This document shows, in pieces, positions 9,414 through 18,177 of a stretch of 51,939 bases of DNA. The notes beneath the pieces are model-generated. The model did no database searches, was not told where the DNA came from, and saw nothing but the letters and a program-made list of their open reading frames with translations. Made by a program: the position numbers and the translations under genes. Source of the stretch: a virus. Lineage: Duplodnaviria > Caudoviricetes. Location of the stretch: the IMG/VR virus record IMGVR_UViG_3300044723_003553, positions 1-51,939 of that record. One strand, written 5' to 3'. How positions within the stretch are numbered: position 1 is the stretch's first letter; each line of letters begins with the position of its first letter.

Positions 9414-10705
9414 TACCCAACAAAGATATATTTTGTAACAGTCCCTGGTTCGAAATCCAAATATATTGGAACGGAGACTATGGTATCTGTTGTGCCGAAA
9501 GACATAAAATAACGCACTCAGGTTATGATCAGCAGACTGAATACAATATCAGAACCATGAGCATTCGGGACTGGTATAATACTAGTGTACTGTCAGAATT
9601 TAAAAATAAACTGTTCGGCAATGAAAAACTTAGCAATTGCGAAAGATGCTATGTAGAACAAACAAACACTGGCACAAGCAGACGTCACAAACAATTACAA
9701 AAAAGTGTAATCTTTCAGAATAACTTTACAGAGAGTTATCAACAAAGTCCTAATCTACCAAAATTTGAAAATCAGCTACCTAGTGTGCCTGTGGACTTTC
9801 ATGTAGATCTGGGAAATTATTGTAACCTTGCTTGTAAAATGTGTTGGAGTGGAGCCAGTAGTACAATTGCAAAACAAAATGTGATCTGGGGAGACGAGTC
9901 TGCCAGACCTTATCTGGGTGTAGACTGGACTAAAGATCAAACTGTATGGGATCGTTTTTGTAATGAACTACTGGATATACCAATAAAAAACCTGCACTTT
10001 ATGGGAGGCGAAACTACAATACAACCTAGATTTAAACAACTGCTTAAATTTTTAATCCATCATGGCAGACATGATATTAATGTAAGTTTTGTAAGCAACT
10101 GTACGAACTGGGATTCAGAGTTATTAGATTTATTGTTAGAGTTTAATCGCGTAGGATTAGAATGTAGTATAGAAACAGTTACCAGGCATAACGATTACAT
10201 AAGGCAGGGCAGTAATATAGAACATGTCCTAGAGAATATACAAAAATACAAACAAATAGCAGACAACGATCGTGTTGCTGTCACAGTCAGGCCTGTAATT
10301 AGTAATCTAAGCATAGGCACATTCCACACATTGTTAAGATATTGTTTAGAAAATCAGATGCTTATGAAGTCTAATCCACTTGTGCGTCCCGAATTTATGA
10401 TGGTAAAGCATTTGCCAGATAGTATTAAGCAAGAATATAAAAAACCATACATGCAATTAATAGAAGACTATGATTTGGATATGGATATTAAACAAGACAT
10501 CAACGAGAGTAACATTAATAGACTGTCTGATATTATTGCAATCTACATCAGACAAGCATTAAATCTTTTAGATACTCCTGAATCCCAGGATAGTCTGGAT
10601 AAATTGTCTGAATTAAAAGCTCACTGTAAAAAATGGGACAGTGTCTACAATCTAAACATGAAAGACTTGTATCCTGAGTTCGAACAATGCATGAATTTAG
10701 AATAG
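9410..10705 (+). CDS. radical SAM protein with an N-terminal SPASM/twitch-like Cys cluster
   Basis: CNLACKMC (CxxxCxxC), GGE, extra Cys in CCAE and CERC. Confidence 0.88.
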   Translation: MIPNKDIFCNSPWFEIQIYWNGDYGICCAERHKITHSGYDQQTEYNIRTMSIRDWYNTSVLSEFKNKLFGNEKLSNCERCYVEQTNTGTSRRHKQLQKSVIFQNNFTESYQQSPNLPKFENQLPSVPVDFHVDLGNYCNLACKMCWSGASSTIAKQNVIWGDESARPYLGVDWTKDQTVWDRFCNELLDIPIKNLHFMGGETTIQPRFKQLLKFLIHHGRHDINVSFVSNCTNWDSELLDLLLEFNRVGLECSIETVTRHNDYIRQGSNIEHVLENIQKYKQIADNDRVAVTVRPVISNLSIGTFHTLLRYCLENQMLMKSNPLVRPEFMMVKHLPDSIKQEYKKPYMQLIEDYDLDMDIKQDINESNINRLSDIIAIYIRQALNLLDTPESQDSLDKLSELKAHCKKWDSVYNLNMKDLYPEFEQCMNLE

Positions 10706-11091
10706 AAATAGATATAGAACCAGTACAAGGGTTTAACGATCCCAGAGTACGCTATGGCATAAGTGGATTAGACACTAGTGAATTAACCATAGACAAACCT
10801 AAAACTTTGGTGCACAAACAGAGTTTACCTGCCGGCAGTTATACATTTGAGATAGAACTAATAAACAAACATCGTAATGATCCCACTATGGCTGTAATTG
10901 TTAATAATATAAGGGTTATGGATATTGAAGACTATCAGTTCATTTACAACAGTGTGTATAATCCAGTGGACAGAGAACCACTGACTGCACATAATTATAT
11001 CTGCTGGCCTGGACCCTGGCAAATGCATTTTACTAGCCCTGTGTACACTTGGATACACAAACAATTAGATTTGGGTTGGATCTACGATTAG
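10687..11091 (+). CDS. hypothetical protein
   Basis: 134-aa beta-rich ORF overlapping radical SAM gene. Confidence 0.6.
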   Translation: MHEFRIEIDIEPVQGFNDPRVRYGISGLDTSELTIDKPKTLVHKQSLPAGSYTFEIELINKHRNDPTMAVIVNNIRVMDIEDYQFIYNSVYNPVDREPLTAHNYICWPGPWQMHFTSPVYTWIHKQLDLGWIYD

Positions 11092-11092
11092 G

Positions 11093-11120
11093 TTGACACT
11101 ATCACAATACATGTTATTAT
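11093..11120 (+). promoter_or_regulatory. sigma70-like promoter
   Basis: TTGACA-N16-TATTAT with TGn extension. Confidence 0.7.
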
Positions 11121-11126
11121 AGTTAT

Positions 11127-12161
11127 ATGAGAATAGGCTTTGCATGCAAATACTGGCATCCTGATCGCAGTTTGAGTAAACGACTGCTTGAGGAAATCGA
11201 ACGCCCCTACAATGAACGCTCTACGACTATTACCTGGTTAAACAGACAGACCAGAGATGTTGCAGAGGAAAAATTGTGGGACATTATGGTCCATAATATC
11301 AAAGGTATGGAAAAACTTATTAAATATGTAGGAGGATTGCCTGATGACTTACGAATGGTTAGAATTGGCTCCAATATTTTGCCTGCTTATACTGAGTCAG
11401 ATTGGTGTTATTATTGGAAGAAACCGGATGTCAGAGAGTACTGCGAACGAGAGTTTGCTAAAGTGGGTGCAGTTGCAAGGAGTCTTGATGTACGCCTGTC
11501 TTTTCATCCTGGTCAGTTTACTGTTCTCGCATCTGATAATCCAGACATTGCTGGCCGTAGTATAGAGGAGTTTGAATATCATGCAGATATGCTCAGGTGG
11601 ATGGGTTATGGAAAGACCTTCCAGGATTTCAAGTGTAACGTCCACATCGCAGGCAAGAGAGGTCCAGCCGGTATCAAAGACGCACTTAAAAAACTCTCGC
11701 CTGAAGCAAGAAACTCCATTACAATTGAAAACGACGAAAACAAGTGGGGTATCGATAGTAGTCTAGAACTGGCCAAAGATTGTGCACTAGTACTAGACAT
11801 ACACCATCACTGGTGTAGAGAAGGTGAATACATAGAAAGAGACGACGATCGTGTTAAAAGAGTTATTGATAGTTGGCGGGGTGTTAGGCCTGTTTGCCAC
11901 TATAGTGTATCTAGGTGGGATTATCTCCCAACACATAAACAAGGAGAACGGCCGGCCATGGACACTCTACTTTCCGAAGGATACAAAAAAGGAAAACTAA
12001 GAGCACATTCTGACACTTACTGGAATACAGCAGTAAACGAATGGGCATGGACTTTTACCAAGGACTTTGACATAATGTGTGAGAGCAAACACAAGCAACT
12101 GGCTAGTATTGGATTTTACAACAGCATGACAGGATCTGATGTGAGTGTTTATCATGGCTGA
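11127..12161 (+). CDS. uvsE: UV damage endonuclease
   Basis: RIGFAC, HPGQFTVL, IENDE, LDIHHH, RAHSD, IMCESK motifs. Confidence 0.92.
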   Translation: MRIGFACKYWHPDRSLSKRLLEEIERPYNERSTTITWLNRQTRDVAEEKLWDIMVHNIKGMEKLIKYVGGLPDDLRMVRIGSNILPAYTESDWCYYWKKPDVREYCEREFAKVGAVARSLDVRLSFHPGQFTVLASDNPDIAGRSIEEFEYHADMLRWMGYGKTFQDFKCNVHIAGKRGPAGIKDALKKLSPEARNSITIENDENKWGIDSSLELAKDCALVLDIHHHWCREGEYIERDDDRVKRVIDSWRGVRPVCHYSVSRWDYLPTHKQGERPAMDTLLSEGYKKGKLRAHSDTYWNTAVNEWAWTFTKDFDIMCESKHKQLASIGFYNSMTGSDVSVYHG

Positions 12162-12267
12162 AATTTTTGCTATATTAATAATCGTTTATCTAGTATACCT
12201 TGTAATACTAGGATTCAGGATAGTATTTAGAGTAATAGATAAAGGTTGTGACTGGCTTGATCTGTAA
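12154..12267 (+). CDS. 37-aa single-TM peptide
   Basis: MAEIFAILIIVYLVYLVILGFRIVFRVIDKGCDWLDL; overlaps uvsE end. Confidence 0.4.
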   Translation: MAEIFAILIIVYLVYLVILGFRIVFRVIDKGCDWLDL

Positions 12268-12398
12268 CTTAAATACGTATTTTTCCTAAAGATTTATATT
12301 GATTTACGATAAATACCCTGCTATAGTATAGTATTAGTATAGTAAAAAATGCCGTGCTAGATGCTCGGCAACACACTCACACACAAGGAATATTAAAT

Positions 12399-12677
12399 AT
12401 GTTTAAAACCCCTCAAGAATGGGCCGACGCACTGAAGTCGTTAGCACCACAAGTTAATGTAAACAAAAACGGTTATGAAATTCGTACTGAGCTATTAGGG
12501 ATGGCTAAGGATCAGATTTGGCAAGAATATGAGCATAAGTTTGGTGAATATCATGCAAAGGTAGAACGAGATGGAGACCAAGTGGTTACTAAGGTAGAAT
12601 TACCAAATGTGCCCGGCATAAGCCAAGTTCTAGAACATGCAGAAAAATTTTACGATTTTGTAAACCAAAAGAAATAA
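12399..12677 (+). CDS. hypothetical phage protein
   Basis: AAGGA RBS before ATG 12399; NGYEIRTELL...AEKFYDFV. Confidence 0.7.
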   Translation: MFKTPQEWADALKSLAPQVNVNKNGYEIRTELLGMAKDQIWQEYEHKFGEYHAKVERDGDQVVTKVELPNVPGISQVLEHAEKFYDFVNQKK

Positions 12678-12697
12678 CAACCCAGAAAGGTTAAATA

Positions 12698-13642
12698 ATG
12701 ATTAAACAAAGTATTATTGCAGGTGCCATCATGGCTCTTGCTAGCACCGCGGCATTGGCTGAAGACAAGAAGTCTGATCCTGTAAACACTTGGGACGTCA
12801 AGGCATTTGGTGAAGTCCGTGCATATGGAGAAGTATCCAGTAAGGACAACGTAGATGCTGAAATTAAGTCAGATTCCACAAAGTTTGGTTTCAAGGTCAA
12901 TGGTCAGGCTGGCGCAGTTGGCGTATTTGGCGAACTAAGTGCAAACGTTGACGTTAACGGAGCATCAGACAATGTAACCACACGTTTTGGTTATGTTGGC
13001 GTGTCACTTCCAAAGATTGGTAACATCAGCCTAGGCAAGCAGATAAGTATTCAGGAAGGATTTGTTGACAAGGCAGACAAATTCTATAGTGCTGGCAACA
13101 ACAGTGTCCAGAAGATGTCATTTTATCAGCGTAATAGCATCAAGTACACGAATACTATTGGCGGAGTTGATGTTGGTGCTCTAGCAGCTATGGCTGACGG
13201 CGATGCTGGTAACGACAACGTTGATCGTTGGCAGATTGGTGCTGGATTCATGGGTCTTGGCGTTGCAGTAGGCAAGGACGCAAATGCAGACGAAAACTAC
13301 TATGGCGTAGGCTATAGCAACAAGTTTGGTAAGATTGGCATGGGCGCAAGCTACACAATTAAAGATGCAGGTGCAGACACAAGTCTCTCAGACGCACTAG
13401 TATGGGGCGATGACAGTACTGGCGTTACACGTGGTATTGAGCTAGCAGTTAGCTATGATATGTCAAAGAAGATGACACTTACTGGCGGTTATAATATGAC
13501 AGATGCAGACGCAGATGACGGTAATGCTATTGGCGAAGTTGCTTATAAAATCAGCAGCAATGCTGTTGCATTTGGCAACGTAGAGTATGATATTGATTCC
13601 GGTGACCACACATCACGAGTTGGTATTTCAATCACATTCTAA
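12698..13642 (+). CDS. Gram-negative outer-membrane porin
   Basis: Signal peptide (ALA-E), alternating beta strands, R.GYVG...G.ISLGKQ, C-terminal Phe. Confidence 0.85.
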   Translation: MIKQSIIAGAIMALASTAALAEDKKSDPVNTWDVKAFGEVRAYGEVSSKDNVDAEIKSDSTKFGFKVNGQAGAVGVFGELSANVDVNGASDNVTTRFGYVGVSLPKIGNISLGKQISIQEGFVDKADKFYSAGNNSVQKMSFYQRNSIKYTNTIGGVDVGALAAMADGDAGNDNVDRWQIGAGFMGLGVAVGKDANADENYYGVGYSNKFGKIGMGASYTIKDAGADTSLSDALVWGDDSTGVTRGIELAVSYDMSKKMTLTGGYNMTDADADDGNAIGEVAYKISSNAVAFGNVEYDIDSGDHTSRVGISITF

Positions 13643-13659
13643 TACTACTGTAAATAAGG

Positions 13660-13770
13660 ATGCTTCTTAGAGGACCAGAGATTGAATGAACGATGAAACG
13701 TTTGGGGTGGCAATGCCCGATCAAGAACATTGTCTAGGGCATGCAGTCCCTATAAAAAACTAGAAGCTAC
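13660..13770 (+). ncRNA. candidate structured intergenic RNA
   Basis: Closing helix GCTTC(T)TAG/CTAGAAGC, internal hairpins incl. GCAA tetraloop; TAAATA upstream, terminator downstream. Confidence 0.4.
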
Positions 13771-13776
13771 TAACTC

Positions 13777-13806
13777 ACAGGGGGGAATTTAATTCCCCCC
13801 TGTTTT
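13777..13806 (+). terminator. intrinsic terminator
   Basis: ACAGGGGGGAATT-T-AATTCCCCCCTGT followed by T run. Confidence 0.85.
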
Positions 13807-13813
13807 ATTTCCG

Positions 13814-13941
13814 ATTATACTGGGTAATAACACGGTCTGGTCAGATGTCTACCGGTTCTGACAAGAAATGTAAGATATTCTTAATATTTTTATCCAAAAA
13901 CGGTAGACATCTGACCAGGACGTGCTATTATAAGGTATAAT
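13814..13941. repeat. 41-bp inverted repeat pair forming divergent promoters
   Basis: 13814-13854 and 13901-13941 are 34/41 reverse-complement identical with an 18-bp perfect core; each has TAGACA-N16-TATTA(T/C). Confidence 0.8.
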
Positions 13942-13964
13942 TAGGAAAACCCAGGCGGTAACAT

Positions 13965-14288
13965 ATGTACAAAGTTACAGAAAACAAGCTCTCCAAGTGT
14001 TTTGAAAAGATAAATCAAGAGGTTTTTGACGGTCTCCTTGCGTTTGAAGATATTGACTCCGTTGAAGTCGAGTTTTTGGATACCGAATGGGGATACTGCG
14101 TGGACGAAGATGGCGAGATAGTACTGGGCATGACAGATGAGTTCCCTACTAGGGCAGACTTTATGAACACTCTTGCACACGAAATGATCCACCTCTTTCA
14201 GATTACGAATAGCTTAAAAGTTAACCATGGGGTTGCGTTCGAGCGTATCGCCCAACACGCCCGCCCATTTGGATATATTGCCCACTAA
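13965..14288 (+). CDS. SprT-like zinc metalloprotease
   Basis: TLAHEMIH (HExxH) plus downstream NHG. Confidence 0.75.
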   Translation: MYKVTENKLSKCFEKINQEVFDGLLAFEDIDSVEVEFLDTEWGYCVDEDGEIVLGMTDEFPTRADFMNTLAHEMIHLFQITNSLKVNHGVAFERIAQHARPFGYIAH

Positions 14289-14304
14289 AAGGAGAACGTC
14301 TAAT

Positions 14305-15423
14305 ATGAAAAACGTTTCAGCATTACAGTCACTTTATAAAAGAGATTCAAAAGACCAGGTTCGTATTTGGACTGTGGAAGTTGGATATGATAATGATGAC
14401 GTGGCTGGTATCCGTAGCATCAGCGGTCTAGTAGAGGGTGAGAAAGTCACAAGCGTGTGGAATCTATCACAGGCTAAAAATGTGGGTCGCTCAAATGCTA
14501 CCACGGCCAAAACTCAAGCAGAATTTGAAGCTCAGGCACAATGGACTAAAAAAGCAGACAAAGAGTACTTTACAAGCGTGGCGGATATTGATAGTTATGA
14601 ACTGTTTAAGCCCATGCTGGCACATGACTTTACAAAAACCCCAGTGGATAGCGGATACACGCAACCCAAGTTAGATGGTATCCGTTGTGTAATTGATAAG
14701 AATGGCATGCACACTCGCAGTGGCAAGCCCATCAACAGTTGCCCGCATATCTGGGAAGGCGTTAAGCACATTATCCAAGCCAACCCTAGCATTGTCCTAG
14801 ACGGTGAGCTTTATAATCACGAACTTAAAGCAAATTTTGAGAAAATCGTTAGCCTGGTACGCAAAGTAAAATGTCGTCCAGAAGAGATTGCGGAGAGTGC
14901 AGAGCTGGTTGAATACCACGTTTATGACATGTACGACCACAGTAAGCCAGATTTGCTGTTCATGGAACGTGCTATGTGGTTGTCGAGTAATGTGGCTGTT
15001 GATAAAGTTGTGCTGGTTGAGACCAGAAAGTGTGATACACCAGCAGACATTGATAGTATGTACGGAGAATACACACAGGCTGGGTATGAAGGTCAGATGA
15101 TCCGTCAGGACGCTGTATACCAGTGCAAGCGTAGCAAGAGCTTGCTCAAGCGCAAAGAGTTCACTACACAAGAGTTTGCAGTAGTGAGCGTTGAAGAAGG
15201 GCAGGGAGCATGGACAGGCTATGCTAAACGATTTGTTCTAGAACTTGGAGACGGCCGCACATTTAGTAGCGGCGTAAGGGGCTCGCAAGCGCAATTAAAG
15301 CAGTTACTCGAGGCTGAGATCAAGCCTACTTGGGTAACTTGCAGGTTTTTTGAACTATCAAACGATGGCGTACCTCGCTTCCCAGTAGTAATTGACTACG
15401 GAACAGGCGAACGTGAGGATTAA
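14305..15423 (+). CDS. ATP-dependent DNA ligase
   Basis: QPKLDGIRC (KxDG), LDGELY, EGQMIR, LLKRK, RFP motifs; AGGAG RBS before 14305. Confidence 0.93.
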   Translation: MKNVSALQSLYKRDSKDQVRIWTVEVGYDNDDVAGIRSISGLVEGEKVTSVWNLSQAKNVGRSNATTAKTQAEFEAQAQWTKKADKEYFTSVADIDSYELFKPMLAHDFTKTPVDSGYTQPKLDGIRCVIDKNGMHTRSGKPINSCPHIWEGVKHIIQANPSIVLDGELYNHELKANFEKIVSLVRKVKCRPEEIAESAELVEYHVYDMYDHSKPDLLFMERAMWLSSNVAVDKVVLVETRKCDTPADIDSMYGEYTQAGYEGQMIRQDAVYQCKRSKSLLKRKEFTTQEFAVVSVEEGQGAWTGYAKRFVLELGDGRTFSSGVRGSQAQLKQLLEAEIKPTWVTCRFFELSNDGVPRFPVVIDYGTGERED

Positions 15424-15458
15424 AAATAAAAAAATATGCAAAAAATAGCCTAAAACGG

Positions 15459-15486
15459 TTGACGGGATGCTATGATATGCTAGTAT
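15459..15486 (+). promoter_or_regulatory. sigma70-like promoter
   Basis: TTGACG-N16-TAGTAT with TGC extension and A-rich UP region. Confidence 0.65.
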
Positions 15487-15518
15487 ATACAAGTTGTTAA
15501 CAGAGGAGCATACACAAC

Positions 15519-15734
15519 ATGTCTAGCAAAGATTTTCTTGTAACGGAACCGGGTCTCACCTATCTGTACACCTCACAGCGTTTAACGCCCTTAGATGTTC
15601 CAAAAATGCAACAGGAATTTGGGGAGGATGCGTTTACTGTAGCACCTTATACGCAAAAACTACAGCGCACATTAAAATTAAAACACAAAGATCAAATGTT
15701 ACGTCTTAAAGCATTTCAAAAACAACGCTATTAA
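15519..15734 (+). CDS. hypothetical protein
   Basis: GAGGAG RBS; 71 aa. Confidence 0.65.
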   Translation: MSSKDFLVTEPGLTYLYTSQRLTPLDVPKMQQEFGEDAFTVAPYTQKLQRTLKLKHKDQMLRLKAFQKQRY

Positions 15735-15766
15735 TAGCTATTATAGGCTATAATAGCTAACCCATT

Positions 15767-15797
15767 AAAAGTGCTGCATTTTTTGCAGCACTTTTTT
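15767..15797 (+). terminator. intrinsic terminator
   Basis: AAAAGTGCTGCA/TGCAGCACTTTT hairpin with T tail. Confidence 0.8.
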
Positions 15798-15808
15798 ATC
15801 TCTTTTGG

Positions 15809-15836
15809 TTGACTCTAACCCTATATGTGCTAATAT
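15809..15836 (+). promoter_or_regulatory. sigma70-like promoter
   Basis: TTGACT-N16-TAATAT with TGC extension. Confidence 0.65.
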
Positions 15837-15863
15837 ACATATATAGGAAATGAGGAGTAAGCA

Positions 15864-16163
15864 ATGAGCAAGTTCGATAACAAACGGTTCAACTACGATG
15901 GTATGTACCTCAAGTATGATGGTAAGTTCGTAGCTCGGTTCAAGTATGGTGGTATGGTCTCGTTCAAGAAGTTCCTTCGTGAGAACTTCACCGTTGAGGA
16001 ATACTTTGCCAATCTTACTTGCAATCCTCCTCTGAAGGTTCTCGAAACTAAGGGTTATGTAAGTCCCAAGGTTGCAAAGATACTGAAGATGCGTGGTTAT
16101 CCGATGACTCAGGAAGGTTTCAAACAGATGCTTGATGATGACATCGCTCGGAGGGCAGCATAA
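15864..16163 (+). CDS. hypothetical early protein
   Basis: GAGGAG RBS; 99 aa. Confidence 0.75.
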   Translation: MSKFDNKRFNYDGMYLKYDGKFVARFKYGGMVSFKKFLRENFTVEEYFANLTCNPPLKVLETKGYVSPKVAKILKMRGYPMTQEGFKQMLDDDIARRAA

Positions 16164-16438
16164 TGTTTTACGTTTACAACCTTGAAACGTCCCAGATTAT
16201 GCAGAATAAGAAGGGTAAGAAGACTTGGAAGAGCTTGGGTGCTGCCAAAGCGTTCCGCACTCGCATGGGTCGCATGGGCTACAATACAGATGAATACGGT
16301 ATTGTTGATGTTGACCTGTATAGCCTCATTGAGCAGCAGGTTGAAAAGACCAACCTGATGACGGGCAAGAAGTACCGGGAGAGTGTTAATACTCCTCTGC
16401 ATCTGTCGCCCAGTTCAGAAACTTATTGGAGCATGTAA
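16163..16438 (+). CDS. hypothetical early protein
   Basis: TAATG coupling; C-term NTPLHLSPSSETYWSM. Confidence 0.75.
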   Translation: MFYVYNLETSQIMQNKKGKKTWKSLGAAKAFRTRMGRMGYNTDEYGIVDVDLYSLIEQQVEKTNLMTGKKYRESVNTPLHLSPSSETYWSM

Positions 16439-16635
16439 TGAACATAGGTAAAACCGTAACAGTCGTCTGCGAGGATACAGGGCAGACACAGTCAGGAACT
16501 GTTGTAAGCATTAGTAAGAATAATGTGGCTAGTATCGATATTAATCCCAAACTTCCACTTATGTTATTTTTTGAAGCCAAACCCAACGTCTGGGTTTGTA
16601 ATTCAGTTGGGCTAGAATTTGTGGTGAGGGTCTGA
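16438..16635 (+). CDS. hypothetical protein
   Basis: TAATG coupling to upstream gene. Confidence 0.6.
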   Translation: MNIGKTVTVVCEDTGQTQSGTVVSISKNNVASIDINPKLPLMLFFEAKPNVWVCNSVGLEFVVRV

Positions 16636-16802
16636 TGTCCCACGTAGCGACTGTTACCTTTGACAAGGAGAGTGGATTAACTATAACCGGCACGGGACTT
16701 GTTATAGCATTTCATAGTATGAAAGATGCATTTGCGTATGCATCTGAGCTAACCAACGTCCCGGGGGTTGAAAATATTCAAATCCAAAGAATCGACACAT
16801 GA
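16635..16802 (+). CDS. hypothetical 55-aa protein
   Basis: TGATG coupling; MSHVATVTFDKESG...; below ORF-track cutoff. Confidence 0.55.
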   Translation: MSHVATVTFDKESGLTITGTGLVIAFHSMKDAFAYASELTNVPGVENIQIQRIDT

Positions 16803-16849
16803 CGGTAAATACGTTAACATAAGTGTAATATTTTAATTAGGAGACGACC

Positions 16850-17047
16850 ATGCCGCGTAAACGTGCCGACTCCCGCGATTACATTACAGTCGCTGGATCA
16901 AAAGAACTACTCGACCACTTGGATTTCCATCCCAACCCCTCTACTCCCTGGTCACCAGAACAATTTAATCAGTATAAACCAATTATTAGAGAATATTTAG
17001 ACCACGTTTACGTAACAATCAACAAGAAAATCAGTAACTCACCCTAA
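16850..17047 (+). CDS. hypothetical protein
   Basis: AGGAG RBS. Confidence 0.6.
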   Translation: MPRKRADSRDYITVAGSKELLDHLDFHPNPSTPWSPEQFNQYKPIIREYLDHVYVTINKKISNSP

Positions 17048-17051
17048 CACT

Positions 17052-17126
17052 GCGGGTATCGTATAATGGCTATTATAAGAGGTTTCCAACCTTTTGATGT
17101 CAGTTCGATTCTGACTACCCGCTCCA
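17052..17126 (+). tRNA. tRNA-Gly(TCC)
   Basis: GCGGGTA/TACCCGC+T+CCA; anticodon loop TT-TCC-AA. Confidence 0.93.
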
Positions 17127-17153
17127 TAGTTTAAGATCTAGAGTAATTATAAT

Positions 17154-17927
17154 ATGGCTCCTCATAAAAAGCTACCACGTGTTATTGCCGCTCCTATGAC
17201 AGGAGTAAGCGATGCAAAACTAGCTATTGCCTGTGACCGTGCGGGCATAACAGGTAGTATTAGTATTTTTATGGATGTAGATGATCAAGTTGCTAACCTA
17301 GACAGTGCGTTAGAAGAATTTTGTAACGATAGAGGCCACAGTAATGTTATTGTTAGCTATGGCAATCGGGCTAATGATGGATTTAACCAACGTTGCTTGG
17401 AAGTGTTAAGAAAATGGCAAGTAGGCTATCTTTATATTTTAAATTATCCTGCGCCTATGCCAGAAGACTTTACTGTAATTGGCAGAGATTATGTTGTATA
17501 CAAAACAGAAAAAGCAGCAGGACTTGGGTTTGGTGGATCATATAGTTTACAGGAAAGGATAGAGTCTACCAGTGTGCCAGTTATATGTGCTGGAGGCGTT
17601 TATGATAGGGCAGATGTAGAATACTATCTAAATTTAGGTGCCCATAGCGTTGCTGTAGGAACGGCCCTTGCTTGTAGTGCAGAAAGCAACATACCCCTGG
17701 ATGTAAAAAAACGAATGATAACCAGTAATCAAGCAGACTTATCTAGATTTGCCAATGATGGCAGGCAGGCGTTGTTTATTAAAAATATTGACGATACAGA
17801 GTTTAACCATTCTAATAGTTTAAGGTTAGGCCTAAAAGGCGGTGAGGGCCATGTATATGCTGGAACTGCCATTGATAGAATTAATAAATTAGAAACAGTA
17901 GCAGATATTGCGGGCAGGCTACTATAA
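17154..17927 (+). CDS. nitronate monooxygenase/2-nitropropane dioxygenase-like FMN TIM-barrel protein
   Basis: AAPMTGVS, ICAGGV, VGTA..SAES, YAG motifs. Confidence 0.75.
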   Translation: MAPHKKLPRVIAAPMTGVSDAKLAIACDRAGITGSISIFMDVDDQVANLDSALEEFCNDRGHSNVIVSYGNRANDGFNQRCLEVLRKWQVGYLYILNYPAPMPEDFTVIGRDYVVYKTEKAAGLGFGGSYSLQERIESTSVPVICAGGVYDRADVEYYLNLGAHSVAVGTALACSAESNIPLDVKKRMITSNQADLSRFANDGRQALFIKNIDDTEFNHSNSLRLGLKGGEGHVYAGTAIDRINKLETVADIAGRLL

Positions 17928-17948
17928 CAGCAAGAATACAATATTCCT

Positions 17949-17977
17949 TTGACAACGATGTTTTAATATCATATAAT
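17949..17977 (+). promoter_or_regulatory. sigma70 consensus promoter for tRNA pair
   Basis: TTGACA-N17-TATAAT, 8 nt before tRNA-Arg. Confidence 0.8.
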
Positions 17978-17985
17978 TAAAGAAA

Positions 17986-18062
17986 GGTCTCGTAGCTCAG
18001 CTGGATAGAGCAACAGCCTTCTAAGCTGTGGGTCGCAGGTTCGAATCCTGCCGAGATCGCCA
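17986..18062 (+). tRNA. tRNA-Arg(TCT)
   Basis: GGTCTCG/CGAGATC+G+CCA; ACAGC-CTTCTAA-GCTGT. Confidence 0.95.
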
Positions 18063-18065
18063 ATT

Positions 18066-18139
18066 TGGGGAATAGTTCAACGGTAGAGCGCAAGACTTTG
18101 ACTCTTGAAATCCTGGTTCGAATCCAGGTTCCCCAACCA
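18066..18139 (+). tRNA. tRNA-Gln(TTG)
   Basis: TGGGGAA/TTCCCCA+A+CCA; CAAGA-CTTTGAC-TCTTG. Confidence 0.95.
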
Positions 18140-18177
18140 AACTTTTTATAAGTATCAACACACACAAGGAGACAGAT

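Noticed and set aside
13660-13770. Hammerhead ribozyme
   Set aside because: GATGA and GAAAC are present, but the CTGANGA core and three-stem arrangement are not.
14227-14304. Track N-terminal extensions (ligase 14227; also 39058, 48989, 48436, 42100, 24545..25159)
   Set aside because: They overlap upstream genes; better RBS- or promoter-supported starts lie downstream.
17977-18165. Minus-strand ORFs over tRNA-Arg/Gln (also 18021..18326 and 18728..18964)
   Set aside because: Antisense shadows of tRNA genes and peroxiredoxin; unlike 3200..3586 they lack an RBS and protein-like flanks.
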